Assembly (NCBI GenBank): GCA_951406725.2 | Contig: OX597817.1 | Span: 103,230,001 to 103,294,000 of the forward strand | Origin: Octopus vulgaris | Lineage: Eukaryota | DNA: 64,000 nt | Direction of reading: 5' to 3' | Part shown: in pieces, positions 12,770-25,719 of the stretch | Layout of the letters: each line of letters begins with the position of its first letter | How positions within the stretch are numbered: position 1 is the stretch's first letter | Position numbers and translations under genes: made by a program | Notes under the pieces: model-generated | What the model was told of the DNA's origin: nothing | The model's database searches: none | The model's input: only the letters and a program-made list of their open reading frames with translations

Positions 12770-12945
12770 CGCTAAACCCTAAGCCTAATCCTAAACGCTA
12801 ATTCAAACCTTAAACTCCAACGCAAGTCCCTACTCTAACCCTAAACCCTAATTGTAATTCCAAAGCTCAACCCTAAATCCTAACTCTAGCCGTACATCCT
12901 AAGTTTAACCCTAAACCTCAACCTTAAAATCTGACTCTAACTCTA
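12770..12945. repeat. Degenerate telomere-like (TAACCC)n tract
   Basis: About 30 decayed hexamers (taaccc, taaacc, taatcc, caaccc). Confidence 0.7.
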
Positions 12946-13042
12946 GTGTATATCAAACTTTCGATTTTGAATTTTCGACATTAGTTGTTTACATGAACAG
13001 GACTATAGTAGTATAACGTATAGTTTGTCTTTTTACAATTTT

Positions 13043-13683
13043 TCATAATATATAGCTTCCATTTTGTTTTATAAAAGTTATTACGCAGAAATTGCCTGCT
13101 TCTAAACTCTGTTTTCTGATTGAGTAAAAATAATCAAACTTCAAACCGCTGTAGCATTTTTCTAAAACTCTTCTGGAACAAGTGAATAATAGCAACAGAT
13201 TCAACGTGAAAAATTGCATCAAAATTCTAAATTTGGAAATTTTCATTTAATTTAAAAATTTCAAAACGTGAAAGCCAGACAGAAAAGATACCTTTTGGGG
13301 ACTTGCATTGTGAAAATAATAAACACACACGCACGTACGCACACACACGTATGCACACACACTTACGCACACACACGTACGCACACACAGGTACGTACAC
13401 ACGCGCGCTCACACACACACACACACAACTTTGTAGGGTAGAAGTTGTTTATTTCGAATTACATTATGAGGCCAACGGAAGAATTTCTAGATATTTTAGA
13501 ACAAAGGCTTTTCCCGGTCTGGTGGGGGAATCTTTATAATAATAATGTGCTCATCATAAAAATGGCAGCAAAGGAACCTAATTTACTCCATATCCTGAAG
13601 ATGAGGTTGAGAAACATTGTTGACAAAGATGGACTTGGAAACTCTTTTGTTTGAAACGAACTATAAAGGCCTGATAGGCAATA
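13043..13683 (+). repeat. Copy 2 of the sequence at 75-633
   Basis: Colinear similarity; this copy has a longer CA-rich insert. Confidence 0.85.
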
Positions 13684-13712
13684 TATATATAACATACATT
13701 TATATATATATA

Positions 13713-13754
<42 letters not shown>

Positions 13755-13981
13755 CATACAGATAAAAGTTAAGACCTGTAAGTGGGCATCCATTATGCTA
13801 GAAGAAGATCCGCTATGGTCTAACCACTAAGAAAAGAATGTTCTCAAGAACATTTTGCTAAATTTTCTTGAGAACATTCTTTTCTTAGTGGTTAGACCAT
13901 AACGGATCTTCTAGCATAACGCATGTTCAATCTCATGCGGACATCTCGTGTATAGTTCTGCAAATTATAGTTTCTAAGACG

Positions 13982-14055
13982 ATCACACTGACGAGTTTGC
14001 GGATGATTACGTAAATGATTACGTAATCCATTGACAACGAAACCTGGTTTGTGAT
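13982..14055 (+). ncRNA. Minimal type I hammerhead ribozyme
   Basis: AUCACA-CUGACGA-GUUUG...CAAC-GAAA-CCUGG-UU-UGUGAU. Stem II is extended by GAUUACGUA/UACGUAAUC. GUU cleavage predicted after 14049. Confidence 0.8.
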
Positions 14056-14519
14056 TAATCTATATTTTGTATCTTTTCATTTATCTTGCTCGCTTACGTT
14101 CTGGCGTTCTGCTAAATTTTTCTTGAGAACATTCTTTTCTTTGTGGTTAAGCCATAGCAGATCTTCTAGCATAATGGATATCCACTTAGAGGTCCTCCCT
14201 TTTATAAGTATATAATATAATTCTTCTGAAACTTCAGATTTTTAAATATGCTAGACCACTGATTTTAAATTGATTTTAATCAAATTAATATTCAATTTTT
14301 CACCCTTATTATTTTATTTTAAATTTAAATAGCTATGTTCTCTAACCGGCAAAATTCACTGCAGAGAATTATTTTCTTCAGAAATATTTCCGGCAGTTTG
14401 GCTCGCCAGACCGAAGGCTTTTGAAAAGCGACTCCAATTGTAATTGGTAGAACTGTATACATGTTCAATCTCATGCGGACATCCCGTGTATAGTTCTGCA
14501 AATTATAGTTGCTAAGACG

Positions 14520-14593
14520 ATCGCACTGACGAGTTTGCGGATGATTACGTAAATGTTTACGTAATCCATTGACAACGAAACCTGGTTTGTGAT
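14520..14593 (+). ncRNA. Minimal type I hammerhead ribozyme (second tandem copy)
   Basis: AUCGCA-CUGACGA...CAAC-GAAA-CCUGG-UU-UGUGAU, with a G-U wobble keeping stem I. Cleavage predicted after 14587. Confidence 0.8.
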
Positions 14594-14854
14594 TAATCTA
14601 TATTTTGTATCTTTTCATTTATCTTGCTCGCTTACGTTCTGGCGTTCTGCAAAATTTTTCTTGAGAACATTCTTTTCTTAGTCGTTAGACAATAGCAGAT
14701 CTTCTTCTAGCATAATAGATGTCCACTTAAAGGTCATCCCTTTTATATGTACGTAATATAATTCTTCTGAAACTTCAGATTTTTAAATATGCTAGACCAC
14801 TGATTTTAAATTGATATTAATCAAATTAATATTCAATTTTTCACCCTTATTCTT

Positions 14855-14942
<88 letters not shown>

Positions 14943-14950
14943 TTATATAC

Positions 14951-15008
<58 letters not shown>

Positions 15009-15026
15009 CTCTCTCTATCTCTCTCT

Positions 15027-15173
<147 letters not shown>

Positions 15174-15488
15174 AAACATCATCAAAACCCAAAAATAAAT
15201 AAAATATAAGTGAAAAGAAAAAGAAGAAAAAGTAGAAAGTGAGAACGGTAAAAATGAATTGGTGCTACATGCTGACCCACTGTGAAACTTTAGACCGACT
15301 GAAAATTAGAGAAAGAATAAGGGGTGGTTATAAAATTAAGTAGTACATTTTTATATACGGTGGGGGTGTGGGGAGGCGCGGGATAGATATATAAAAGGAG
15401 CATTTCAGTAGAGCAGAAATCTAAAGTGAAAAAGTAAGAAAACTAAATAACAGTTGACTGTAATCTTTATATATACAGTTGACTGTAA

Positions 15489-15785
15489 TCTTTATATATA
15501 AAACTGAAGTTGTGTGAGGGTCTGTCTCCTCCGATTTAGATTCCTAACTACTCCCACATTTTGCGGTGCAGTTTAACCAAAAGCGGGTATCTTGTAGTCG
15601 TGATTCATATCGAGCCCTTTTGGGTATTAGCGCGCGTCTACGATTAGTCTACGATTTTAAAAAAGAATTACCATCATTTTTTTAATGCATTTTTTGCTCG
15701 GTTTATATAAGGGAAGTAACTCTCTAAAAATGCTTATATAGTTATTTCCCTTGCAAACCCGAGCAACGCCGGGCGATACTGCTAG
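15489..15785 (+). mobile_element. Non-autonomous Helitron-like element
   Basis: A|TC 5' end, subterminal hairpin CCCGAGCAACGCCGGG, CTAG|T 3' end. Confidence 0.7.
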
Positions 15786-15990
15786 TTTACTATAATTGAT
15801 TTCGTATGCATTACACTAAATATTATAAGTAGGCAGTATACCTGAAACAATCTCTGGTCTGGAGTTGGATTGGGCCGGACAATAGGAGGATACAATTGGT
15901 CAGTTAATTTTCAAAAACTAAAGGCTTGCCATAAGGAAACCGTTACTTACTGTAGTAAGAATGTAAACAATGCATAAATGTTTTCCTTTA

Positions 15991-16048
<58 letters not shown>

Positions 16049-16704
16049 ATTATATATTTGTAATGTCCGTTCCATGCTACTCTGAGTTTCGCTTGTAAAT
16101 ACACAAGACCTTCAGGCGAGTTATGAACTGCCTGAAGATTCTGTCTACCTACAGGCGAAACCAGGAGTGACGTGAAACAGACTTGACCAAAATAAAGTAT
16201 ATCATTAATCACTGTTATGGTACTGAATACTCTTTTTTCTATTGATCTGGTTTAAAATGAAGCATTATTCTTTAATTTGCTGCTTTTCTATACACATACC
16301 AAGAAGTTATCTTCTGAAACAATCGTTATTTTAACTGGATACATCTTGTAAACACCTTAAGAGACACATCTAAACCGTCGGATCCTACAAAACCAATTGT
16401 TTAGTATCCTACCCGTGAGGGATCGATGCTAGATAAGTCGAAATAATAGTAGGTATTAATAAACATTCTCGTATCTTCCCTCTTTCGTCTCTCATTATTC
16501 AAGTAAATATATCTATATATACATATATGTATATTTACATATTCATATAGATAATGTATGTATGTATGCATGTATGTATGTATGTATGTATGTATGTATG
16601 TATGTATGTATGTATGTATGTATGTATTTATGTATGTATGTATGTATTTATGTATGTATGTATGTATGTATCTATGTATGTAGGTATGCATGCATGTATG
16701 CATG

Positions 16705-16826
16705 TATATTTTCAGATTTGCATATTTTACTTTATGTATGTATTCTCATGCTTATAGTTGCATATCTAGACATGCTCATATATACTTAAATGACAAACTT
16801 CTGAAAAGTTTTAGAGATATTTACAG
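16705..16826 (-). mobile_element. Short 3' fragment of the RLE-LINE family
   Basis: tctagacatgctcatatatacttaaatga is shared with ~8030 and (reverse complement) ~35165; abuts (CATA)n. Confidence 0.7.
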
Positions 16827-16954
16827 ATATATATATATGTTTGTATGTATTTGTGTCTGTATTTGTCCCACAACCATCGCTTGACAATTGAAGTTGGTGT
16901 GTTTACGTCCCCGTTAGTTATGGTTCGGCAAAAGAACCGCTAATGTAAGTACTA

Positions 16955-17120
16955 GGCTACAGTTCTATATTTAAGAGATGAGGGATTATGTATATTATTT
17001 ACATTTGACGCATATTTGTACTCATCTTGTTTGTTGTTAACACAATATTTCGGCTGATATACCCTCCAGCCTTCATCAGGTGTCTTGGGGAAATTTTGAA
17101 CCTGGGTTCTCATTCCTAAG

Positions 17121-17197
<77 letters not shown>

Positions 17198-17724
17198 GCT
17201 GTTGTTGTTGTTGTTGTTATTATTCTTATTATTACTATTACTATTACTATTACTATTACTATTACTATTACTATCCTTCCTTAATACCAGTTTCCATATC
17301 TGCAGTCTGCTTAGGAGGTTGTTGTGTCCTAACATATGTGCTGCTTCTTTTAGTTTTCGTATTTTCCATTGGTGTTCTCTATTATTTTAACTTCATCCCA
17401 CAGGGGGAGGTGGTCTCCATTTTTCCATACATGATCAGCTATACCCGATATATCAATATCTCCTCGTGTCACAGGTTTGCGATGTTCGTCTACCATTATT
17501 TTGAGGAGGTGGCATGTTTCACCTTTGTATAACCTACCACAGCTGCATGGGATGGAGTACATGCAGTCTTTGGTCATATTCTCTTCTATTGGTGGTTTTA
17601 CTCGAAGGAGATATTTACGAAGTGTTGTATTACTCCTGAATACTGTCCTGATGTCAGTACTTATCTTTTGTATCTTTTCGGAGAGGCCTTTCACATAGGG
17701 TAGGCATATAATAGAGAACACCAC
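16955..17724 (-). mobile_element. Penelope-like element, inverted 3' part (GIY-YIG endonuclease and pLTR)
   Basis: ICLPYVKGLSEKI...CMYSIPCSCGRLYKGET...EHRK...SGIADHVW (ORF 17350..17724). pLTR copy at 16955-17122. Confidence 0.9.
17040..17083 (-). ncRNA. Minimal type I hammerhead ribozyme in a pLTR
   Basis: ACAC-CUGAUGA-AGGCUG...CAGCC-GAAA-UA-UU-GUGU, with palindrome AAUAUU. Confidence 0.7.
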
Positions 17725-19740
17725 TGGAAAATACGAAAACTAAAAGAAGCAGCACATATGTTAGGACACAACAAATATCTTAGGAATGAGAACCCAGGTT
17801 CGAAATTTTCCCAAGACACCTGATGAAAGCTGGAGGGTATATTAGCCGAAACGTTGTGTTAACAACAAACAAGATGAGTACAAATATGCGTCAAATGTAA
17901 ATAAAGTACATAATTCCTAATCTCTTCAATATAGAACTGTATTATCAAATCGTCACGGAGCCAACATTAGACTTCAGTGGAGACATATAGAGAAACTCCA
18001 TCAAAAACTAGCTCGTATTTCAAACCATCTAACTTTCCTGTGTAGATGTAGAAACTCAAAGCTATATTCAAGCCACCTGGCTTGAATATAATCACACCAG
18101 TGGATTCATATAAAGCTAGAAGAGTAGCGGAAATGGCAGGACATGCCCTTGTCCGTGAGAGGATCCATTACAACCGTTGGAAAAAAACATCAACTAAATA
18201 AAGAAATCAAAGAGAGGTTATCTTCATTACTTAGGAAAATAACCAGAGATATTGATAGAAAGAGAATCCAACAAGTCGTGCATGAAATCTACAAAAGTCG
18301 TACATGAATGCATTTGAAATGGTGAAGACATGCCAGATTAAGACGTTTATAAAATTAAAAATTCAGAGAAAGGAGACTGAAGTCCGTCACCCACCTGTGA
18401 AAGCAGAAATTAATGTAAGTAGCCGACATCTAGAAAGCTCTGAAGAAGCAGTGTTAAACAAAGGTCTCAACTTTGCGACAACCTTCAAGCACATTCCATA
18501 CTTGGAAATAATAGCCCCTATTGAAGAGATAGCCATAAAGATACCAAAGGTTCAGGGAGATGAACTAAGGTGGAAAGTGAGATAGGTACTAGAAAAAGCG
18601 AAACTTCCCAAACCAAACATCACTAAGGAAGAACAGTTCGCTATCAAAAGACTACAGAATGACAATTCCATGATAATACTGCCAGCGGACAAGGGAAATG
18701 CTACAGTGGTGATGAACAAGTCTGACTACTCTTAAAAATTAGCAAGTCTTATAAGTGATGGTAACTACAGCAGAGAAAAGAAAGGTCTAACTCTGAAAAC
18801 AGAGTGGAAGTTGTCACAAATCTTGATCAAGAACAAGGATCACTTTACACCAATGAGGTACAGACAACTGACTCAACACTACTACTGTAAACTACCACAC
18901 ATGTACGGTCTCCCTAAGATTCACAAGGATGGTATTCCATTAAGACCTATAGTGCATGTCATCCACTGAGCCGCTTTCTTGCGAATATAATCAGTCCATT
19001 AGCAGGAAAGTCAACATCGTACTTGAAGAATTCCACCCACTTCAAAGAATTGATCAAGGATACCCCCATTGAATTCAACCAGATGGTGAGTCTAGATGTG
19101 ATCTGTTCACCAAAGTCCCAACTAGTGAAGCACTATCGGTGGTCCAAGACAAACTAGTGACAGACACCCATCTAAAAGAATGCACTAGTATACCAATAAG
19201 AAACCTGATGGAAATATTGACCTTCTGTTAGAAACTACCTACTTCAGTATGGACACTGATATATATCGACAAGAAGAGGGTATAGCTATGGGCTCGTCAT
19301 TATCACCGATAATAGCCAATATATACATGGAATACTTTGAGAACTTGGCTTGAGGATCAACACCACTTAAGCCAACCCTATGGTTGCGATATGTTGATGA
19401 CACCTTTATACTCTGGCCCCACCAGGAAGATGTCCAAGTGCTGTTAGATCATGTGAACTCAATAAAGTCATCCATACAGTTCACAATAGAAAAAGAAAAA
19501 GACAGTCAGCTAGTATTTCTGGACGTATTAATAACACGCACCAAGTATGGATTCAGGACATCCGTATACCACACCGATCTTCACTGGATGATACCTCAAC
19601 TTCATACAGTGTAAAGAGAGGATGAAACCAATAACCTGTCCACAGTCTGTCTACCCTATGTCAGGGTATATCACCTGAAACGTTGTGTGAACAACAAACA
19701 AGATGAGGACAAATATCCGTCAAATGTAAATAATGTACAT
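17725..19740 (+). mobile_element. Penelope-like element (pLTR and RT, decayed)
   Basis: EEAVLNKGLNFA, ILPADKGNATVVMNK, YGLPKIHKDGIPLRPIV, AMGSSLSPIIANIYMEYFE, WLRYVDDTF, LVFLDVLI. Partial pLTR again at 19664-19740. Confidence 0.92.
17816..17859 (+). ncRNA. Minimal type I hammerhead ribozyme in a pLTR
   Basis: ACAC-CUGAUGA-AAGCUG...UAGCC-GAAA-CG-UU-GUGU, with palindrome AACGUU. Confidence 0.7.
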
Positions 19741-19868
19741 AAAGTTGTAGTCTATTCTTAGCTACAATAACGGCAACATGAATTTCTTCCATTTTTTTTG
19801 CTCTGTTAGAATATTTAAGAAAAATTATATTAATGCGTCCTACTTGTTAAAATTCCATTTATTTATTT

Positions 19869-19956
19869 GTGCAGCTGAAGATGGCATTGTATTTAAATTG
19901 ATGTAATGATTGCATTTTTCAATTAAATATAGTCGCTTGAAACGTTTGTACTGCAC
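19869..19956 (+). ncRNA. Type I hammerhead ribozyme motif
   Basis: 6-bp stem I GUGCAG/CUGCAC; CUGAAGA at 19875-19881; GAAA at 19939-19942; AC-GUUU-GU stem III; GUA triplet. Stem II is imperfect. Confidence 0.65.
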
Positions 19957-20175
19957 CACTACTTGATATCCTATCACTTATTTTGATTTTATTCACCCTA
20001 CTTCGGGCTGTGCGGATAATACCGTATTAACTTGGTGCTTCAACTTAAGTGCCTAATTCAACTGAATCTCAGTTATATATATATATTCTCTCTTTATATA
20101 TGTATATGTATATGTATGTAATGTATGTATGTATGTATGTATGTATGTATGTATGTATGTATGTATGTATGTATG

Positions 20176-20211
<36 letters not shown>

Positions 20212-20214
<3 letters not shown>

Positions 20215-20410
20215 GAGGCGCTGATGAAAAGTTTCCGGCTTTATGGGTATTGTGCAAGGCCAGACTGGAGGCCTAACCTTCCATGTTCTTTTACAGGACC
20301 TAGAAAAACTGAAAGACCGCTGCAATAAGAATAAATCCGAGAGGGGAATATGTTGAATAAAGTCAAAATTAACTTTTACCTAAACTTAGCAAATTTAAAG
20401 TACCTCTCGT
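20212..20410 (+). mobile_element. Mariner-type MITE
   Basis: TA-CGAGGCGCTGATGAAAAGTT start and ...CCTCTCGT end; related to 24435-24652. Confidence 0.55.
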
Positions 20411-20774
20411 GTTCTTGTTTACCTGATTCTTTTCCAAAGTTCCTCTATTTCACGGTTACTAGAGTTCTGTATCGCAAACAGATTGTCATCTCTATATAGA
20501 CCACCAGAAATATTAGGGAATTGGTCCTTGAGACCATGGAGCAGGTAACAACTTATGAGGTCGTTAAATTTGGCCGAGTCACTCGCCCTATTGGAATGTC
20601 GAAATAGTTACAGGTGTCTTTACGGACCCAGAATTTTCCGTCGAATTTTACAATGGTTTAATGGGCTGCCAGGATAGTATCAATAGCATCTACAGTGGAG
20701 TTAGAATGTTTCATGGCAAATATAAAATGTTTTGTTGTGTAGGATAGGAGATACGCTAGAAAAATATTGGTTTG

Positions 20775-21997
20775 CAGGGTGGGGAAGCAAAACTTGCAAT
20801 AAAAGTTATACTGATATTTCACACCAACCACTGCACCAAATGATATGAAATCTAATGCAGAACAAACAATAGACTGTCAGCTAATAATAAATTCGTTTTT
20901 TTGCTGGAATATTGGAGATTTTGACTGCACAAGAAGACAAACACCAAAGAGTGTGTCCGTACACAAGTCGATCCGAAGAGGATCTCAAACATAGTGGGAG
21001 TAACGTTAAGAAGAGAATGGACATGAGCAATGGCATTCAGAGAAAGTGTAGCTGAAGTGTAGCCAAGAAGAAGTGGAATCAAGACTTCGTTAACACTCAC
21101 AAGACCAAAATTTTAACAGACTCAACCATATTCCTGAGGAAGCTGGCTCAAGAATGCCAAGACCATCAGAACATCTGTGAATGATGACTTGGACCTCAAG
21201 TCCTACACCATGACACCGAGACACTTTTTGACAGAACCTATAAAGATCAGGAGACTGGAGAGGCGTAAAAAGGTTCTCACATACCTCAAGAGGAACGAAT
21301 CCACAGTGAAAATAATCTCTGACGCGATCTTCACAGAGGACGCCATTGCGAACCGCAGCAACAGCTGACATTAGGGGCACCTTCAGAACAGACATCCAGC
21401 CTAGGTCCTAACCTTCGGTGTTATGGCCTCCGGGGGAAGAATGATGTCCATCTACTTCCACAAGCCCGGAGAACAGGTAGATGCTGACGCCTGCTACAAG
21501 ACGCTGATATACCATGTCTTTCCATGGCTCAAAGTCAACTACCCGGAGGGCAACTATGTATAGACCTAGGATGGTACTGCCTGTCATCCTGCCAAGAAGG
21601 TACAGAATTTCTGCAAATCCAGTTTTGCAACTTTCTGGCCTGCAGATTTCTGACCCTCTTCCAACCCGGGTCTCAACCCTTCGGACTATGTCGTGTGGGG
21701 CATTTTGGAGCATGCTACCAACAAAACCTCCCACTCTAACATCAATTCTCTGAAGGCTGCCATAAATGAAGAGTGAGCCAAGATGTCCAGAGACTTCGTG
21801 GTGAAGAGATATGCGGGGTCCCCGAGTCATGTGGAGACTGTAATTGCACATAATGGAAGCCACATAGAATAAATTATTTGTTTTATAATTCTTATGTGAA
21901 TGTTAGTAACTTACATTTGGATTACTAAACCCATTGATGCACAGTGAGAGAGTTTTAAATGTTACAGCAATTTTGCAAGTTTTGCGTCCCCATCATA
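20775..21997 (+). mobile_element. Tc1/mariner (maT/DD37D-like) element with decayed transposase
   Basis: TIRs CAGGGTGGGGAAGCAAAACTTGCAA and TTGCAAGTTTTGCGTCCCCATC; VFPWLKVNYPEGNYV...DGTACH...PSSNPGLNPSDYVVWGILE...NGSHIE*. Confidence 0.88.
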
Positions 21998-22419
21998 TTT
22001 ATCTACCTTAATGAATTTAAATGTATGTTTGGGGCTTAGAGAATTAAACCATTGGATGGCCTCAGTAGTTTTAATCCATAGCTTTAATGTAGATTTAGCA
22101 TGAAATTGGGTTTAGAATCCTATCTTATTCTCTTCCTTAACAAATCTAGACATTTACCCACTCGCATATATTATTTCTTCACAAATATATTTCCCCATGT
22201 CTTCTCTCAGTTTGTGCTTTCCACGCATTTTTAATCAAACCTGCCAGTTAACATGGAATCCCTTGACAACAATATAACCTTCATTTGACCAAGGTATCTT
22301 TGGCTTGACGAATAGCTAGCGGATTACCTTTCGTTTGGGTAATTACTTCTTCCGAGGTTATGTCAGCTATGAAACATATGTAGCCTGAATTTTATCTGCT
22401 ACATTCCCTAAATTCGGAG

Positions 22420-22835
<416 letters not shown>

Positions 22836-23199
22836 AATATATATATGTGTGTGTGTGTGTGCGCTGTGTATGTATTCTATGTTTTTTGTATGTACACGTG
22901 TATGTGTGTGTGTGGTGTGTGTTTGTGTGTACATATAGTCTTTTAGTTGGGAGGAAAGGTGGAGCCCTATACATTTAGCAGAGTTTCCGAAGCTGGTGGG
23001 TTAAAGGAATCTTACAAGCGGAGGATGCATCCAAGAATCCAGGTGGTTGTGTTTAAACTTTAAGCATTAAATTTGGTAGCTATGTCAATACGAGGGATTC
23101 CCCATCCCTACTATACGTCGCAGTTTTCCAGAAGCTTCCTATACGTAATGACACCTCAGAATACTTCTAAAATTTTATCTTCTTGTATCTTTTTCAGTC

Positions 23200-23555
23200 A
23201 CTAGACTGCGGATATACTGGGGCACCACCTTGAGGAACTTTTGTCGACTCCAGTACTTCTTTTCTTTTTCTTTTTTTTTCTTTTTTGAAGCCCGGTACTT
23301 ATTCTATCGGTTTCTTTTGCCGAGATGTTAAGTTACGGGGACGTAAACACAGTCACACTGGCTGTCAAGCGGTAGTGGGACACCTTCCATACATATACGA
23401 TGGGCTTCTTTTAGTTTCCGTTTACCAAATCTACTTACAATGTCTTGGTCTGCCCGAGGCTATAGCAGAACACACTTGTCCAAGGTCCCGCGCATTGGGA
23501 CTGAACCCGGATCCATGTGATTGGGAAGCAAACTTCTTACCACACAGCTACGCCT
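23200..23555 (-). mobile_element. SINE (same family as 22420-22835)
   Basis: Shared blocks in reverse complement (tacttattctatcgg, agtttccgtttaccaaat, gggactgaaccc). Confidence 0.7.
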
Positions 23556-24434
23556 CTATATTAGTTTCATCTCGGCCTTTCTTTTATTCCAAGAGGTTTC
23601 ATATAGTATATATATCCTGAGAGCTAGATGTAGGCATATCTCAGCCTCAATCTCAACCAACTCTATTTTTATGTAAGTTTTGACGAGCTTGCATTGATGG
23701 TTGGATCTTCTCCAGCACTGCATATCACAAATCATCACGGTCCTTTATAATTTCATACGTGAAATGCAACAGCTTGTGGTCTGTCTTCACTTCGTCCCAA
23801 TCTTCCTCTCTCTCTCTCATCTTCCACGCGTTCTATGCACATTGAGTACGCGAATTTTTTTTTATACCGCTGTCAGCATCCATAGGCATCACATATCCAT
23901 ACCCAAGGAGTTTTCTCCCTTGCATCTCTTATATAAGTCCCTCTTTTAGTTTGATTGCACTCCGATGTCCATGCACACTGACATTACATATCCGGCAAAA
24001 CATGATTGCTATGTTTCATTCTAGACTTCTCAACTCCTCAGTGTTCAAGGCCTACGTCTTGCTGTCATGCAACGTTGTACTTAACACACAAGCACCATGC
24101 AATCTGTTCTTCATTCTGAAGAGGAAATCGTTTGTTGCCACCAGACAGAAATGTTTTTCTAACCCATTGTTATTATGTCTACTACACTTTCCCCTGTTAA
24201 TTAGATCTGTCAAGTAACAAAACTTTCAACTGCTTCTAAGGAACACATCCAATTCCATTGCGTTCTTAGTGCCTGCAGGAGACCTAATAACAATTATCGC
24301 GCGTCCATTATTATACTGGGCATACCGTATAGAATTTCTGCCTATTCCTTTTCTCCATACTAATCACGGTTATTTCCCTGATGGTAATAAAGTTTTGTCT
24401 TCCTTCTTTCTCCCTAGAGTATTTCATTTAGTTT

Positions 24435-24652
24435 CAAGGGGATTCTGAAAAGTTCCTTGCCTTAAGGGTGTCGCGAAGGGCCTGGTTAGAGGCCCACCCT
24501 TCCGAATTCTTTTACAGGGCTTAGTAAAACTGAAGGACCCCTGCAATAAGTGTGTGAATCTGAGAGGGAAATATGCTGAATAAAATTATAATTACCTGAT
24601 CCTCCTGTATTTTCTTTACCCCAATTCAGTAACTTTTCAGTACCCCTTCGTA
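24435..24652 (+). mobile_element. Mariner-type MITE
   Basis: AAGGGGATTCTGAAAAGTT ... AACTTTTCAGTACCCCTTCG-TA inverted ends. Confidence 0.6.
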
Positions 24653-25127
24653 AGTTTTCTTTAAAAGCCTTTCCAGGATTTGGTTCCATGTCTGTTTCAA
24701 ATTTACAACCAAGTCATTGGCATGCAGGATCTCCAAGGACAGATAATCATTAAAAAATTCCTTTGTAATGGCTTCCTTTTCATACTAGAAAGCAGAGATA
24801 TCGCTTTATCATTTCGTATACACTCCACACAAAGACAACTCTGTGGTCTTTTGTACACTACCTGACAGCGCAGAACACCTCCCACCAGGGATATCTAATT
24901 TTAGAACATATTCAAAAGAGTCGGAGAATTCCTTCTCGAACGTTTAATTTTATTTGTGGTATGGCTCCTTCGACTGAATGCCATTTCTGAAACCAAAGTA
25001 TTTACAGTGTGTACTGGGGTGGGGATATGTCTCCCTCTCCCTCTCTCTCCTTCCCTCATTTTCTCTCACTATCTGTGTGTATGTGTGTACATGTATGCAT
25101 GTGTGTATACACACATACACACACATA

Positions 25128-25169
<42 letters not shown>

Positions 25170-25566
25170 CATATCTACACACACCAACTCAAAGAAATGA
25201 ATTTGAAATGCATTTAGAGTCTTTAGTAAGATTTATTTACATTAGCTTAATCGGTTTCACAGTATAGAATGACTTTCAAAAGTAGTCTGAGATGAGACGG
25301 ACGTGAAGCTAAGATGTGATTGTTTCACTTCTAAACGGAATTTAAAAATAAGCATTTTATTATGAGTAGATTTATGGCACGAGTTGTTAACAGTTAAGAT
25401 GCAGTTTGACTGGTTGAAGGTGGTCACGAGTTCAGGCATATAATTTGCTTAGCTCTTCACTGAGGTCTGCGTACAGTGTCATGTGACAGTATGAACGATA
25501 GGTGCGCGTCACACACACACATCTTCATGCATGCATACATACAGGTGAATCTGCGTAGAAGATACT

Positions 25567-25694
<128 letters not shown>

Positions 25695-25719
25695 CCACTA
25701 TCTGATCCTTTGGTGCACT

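Larger units (their letters stand above)
13760..14855 (+). repeat. Hammerhead-containing ~538-bp tandem repeat (about 1.75 units) preceded by an inverted partial copy; retrozyme or Penelope pLTR-like
   Basis: catgttcaatctcatgcggacat starts at both ~13922 and ~14460. 13760-13860 is an inverted partial copy. The same family occurs at 44285-45077. Confidence 0.9.

Noticed and set aside
16125-16170. CTGAAGA...GAAACCAGG hammerhead-like motif
   Set aside because: No UH triplet and no closing stem I after stem III; at best a dead copy.
20220-20235. CTGATGA as a hammerhead core
   Set aside because: It is part of a mariner-type TIR, and the downstream stems are missing.
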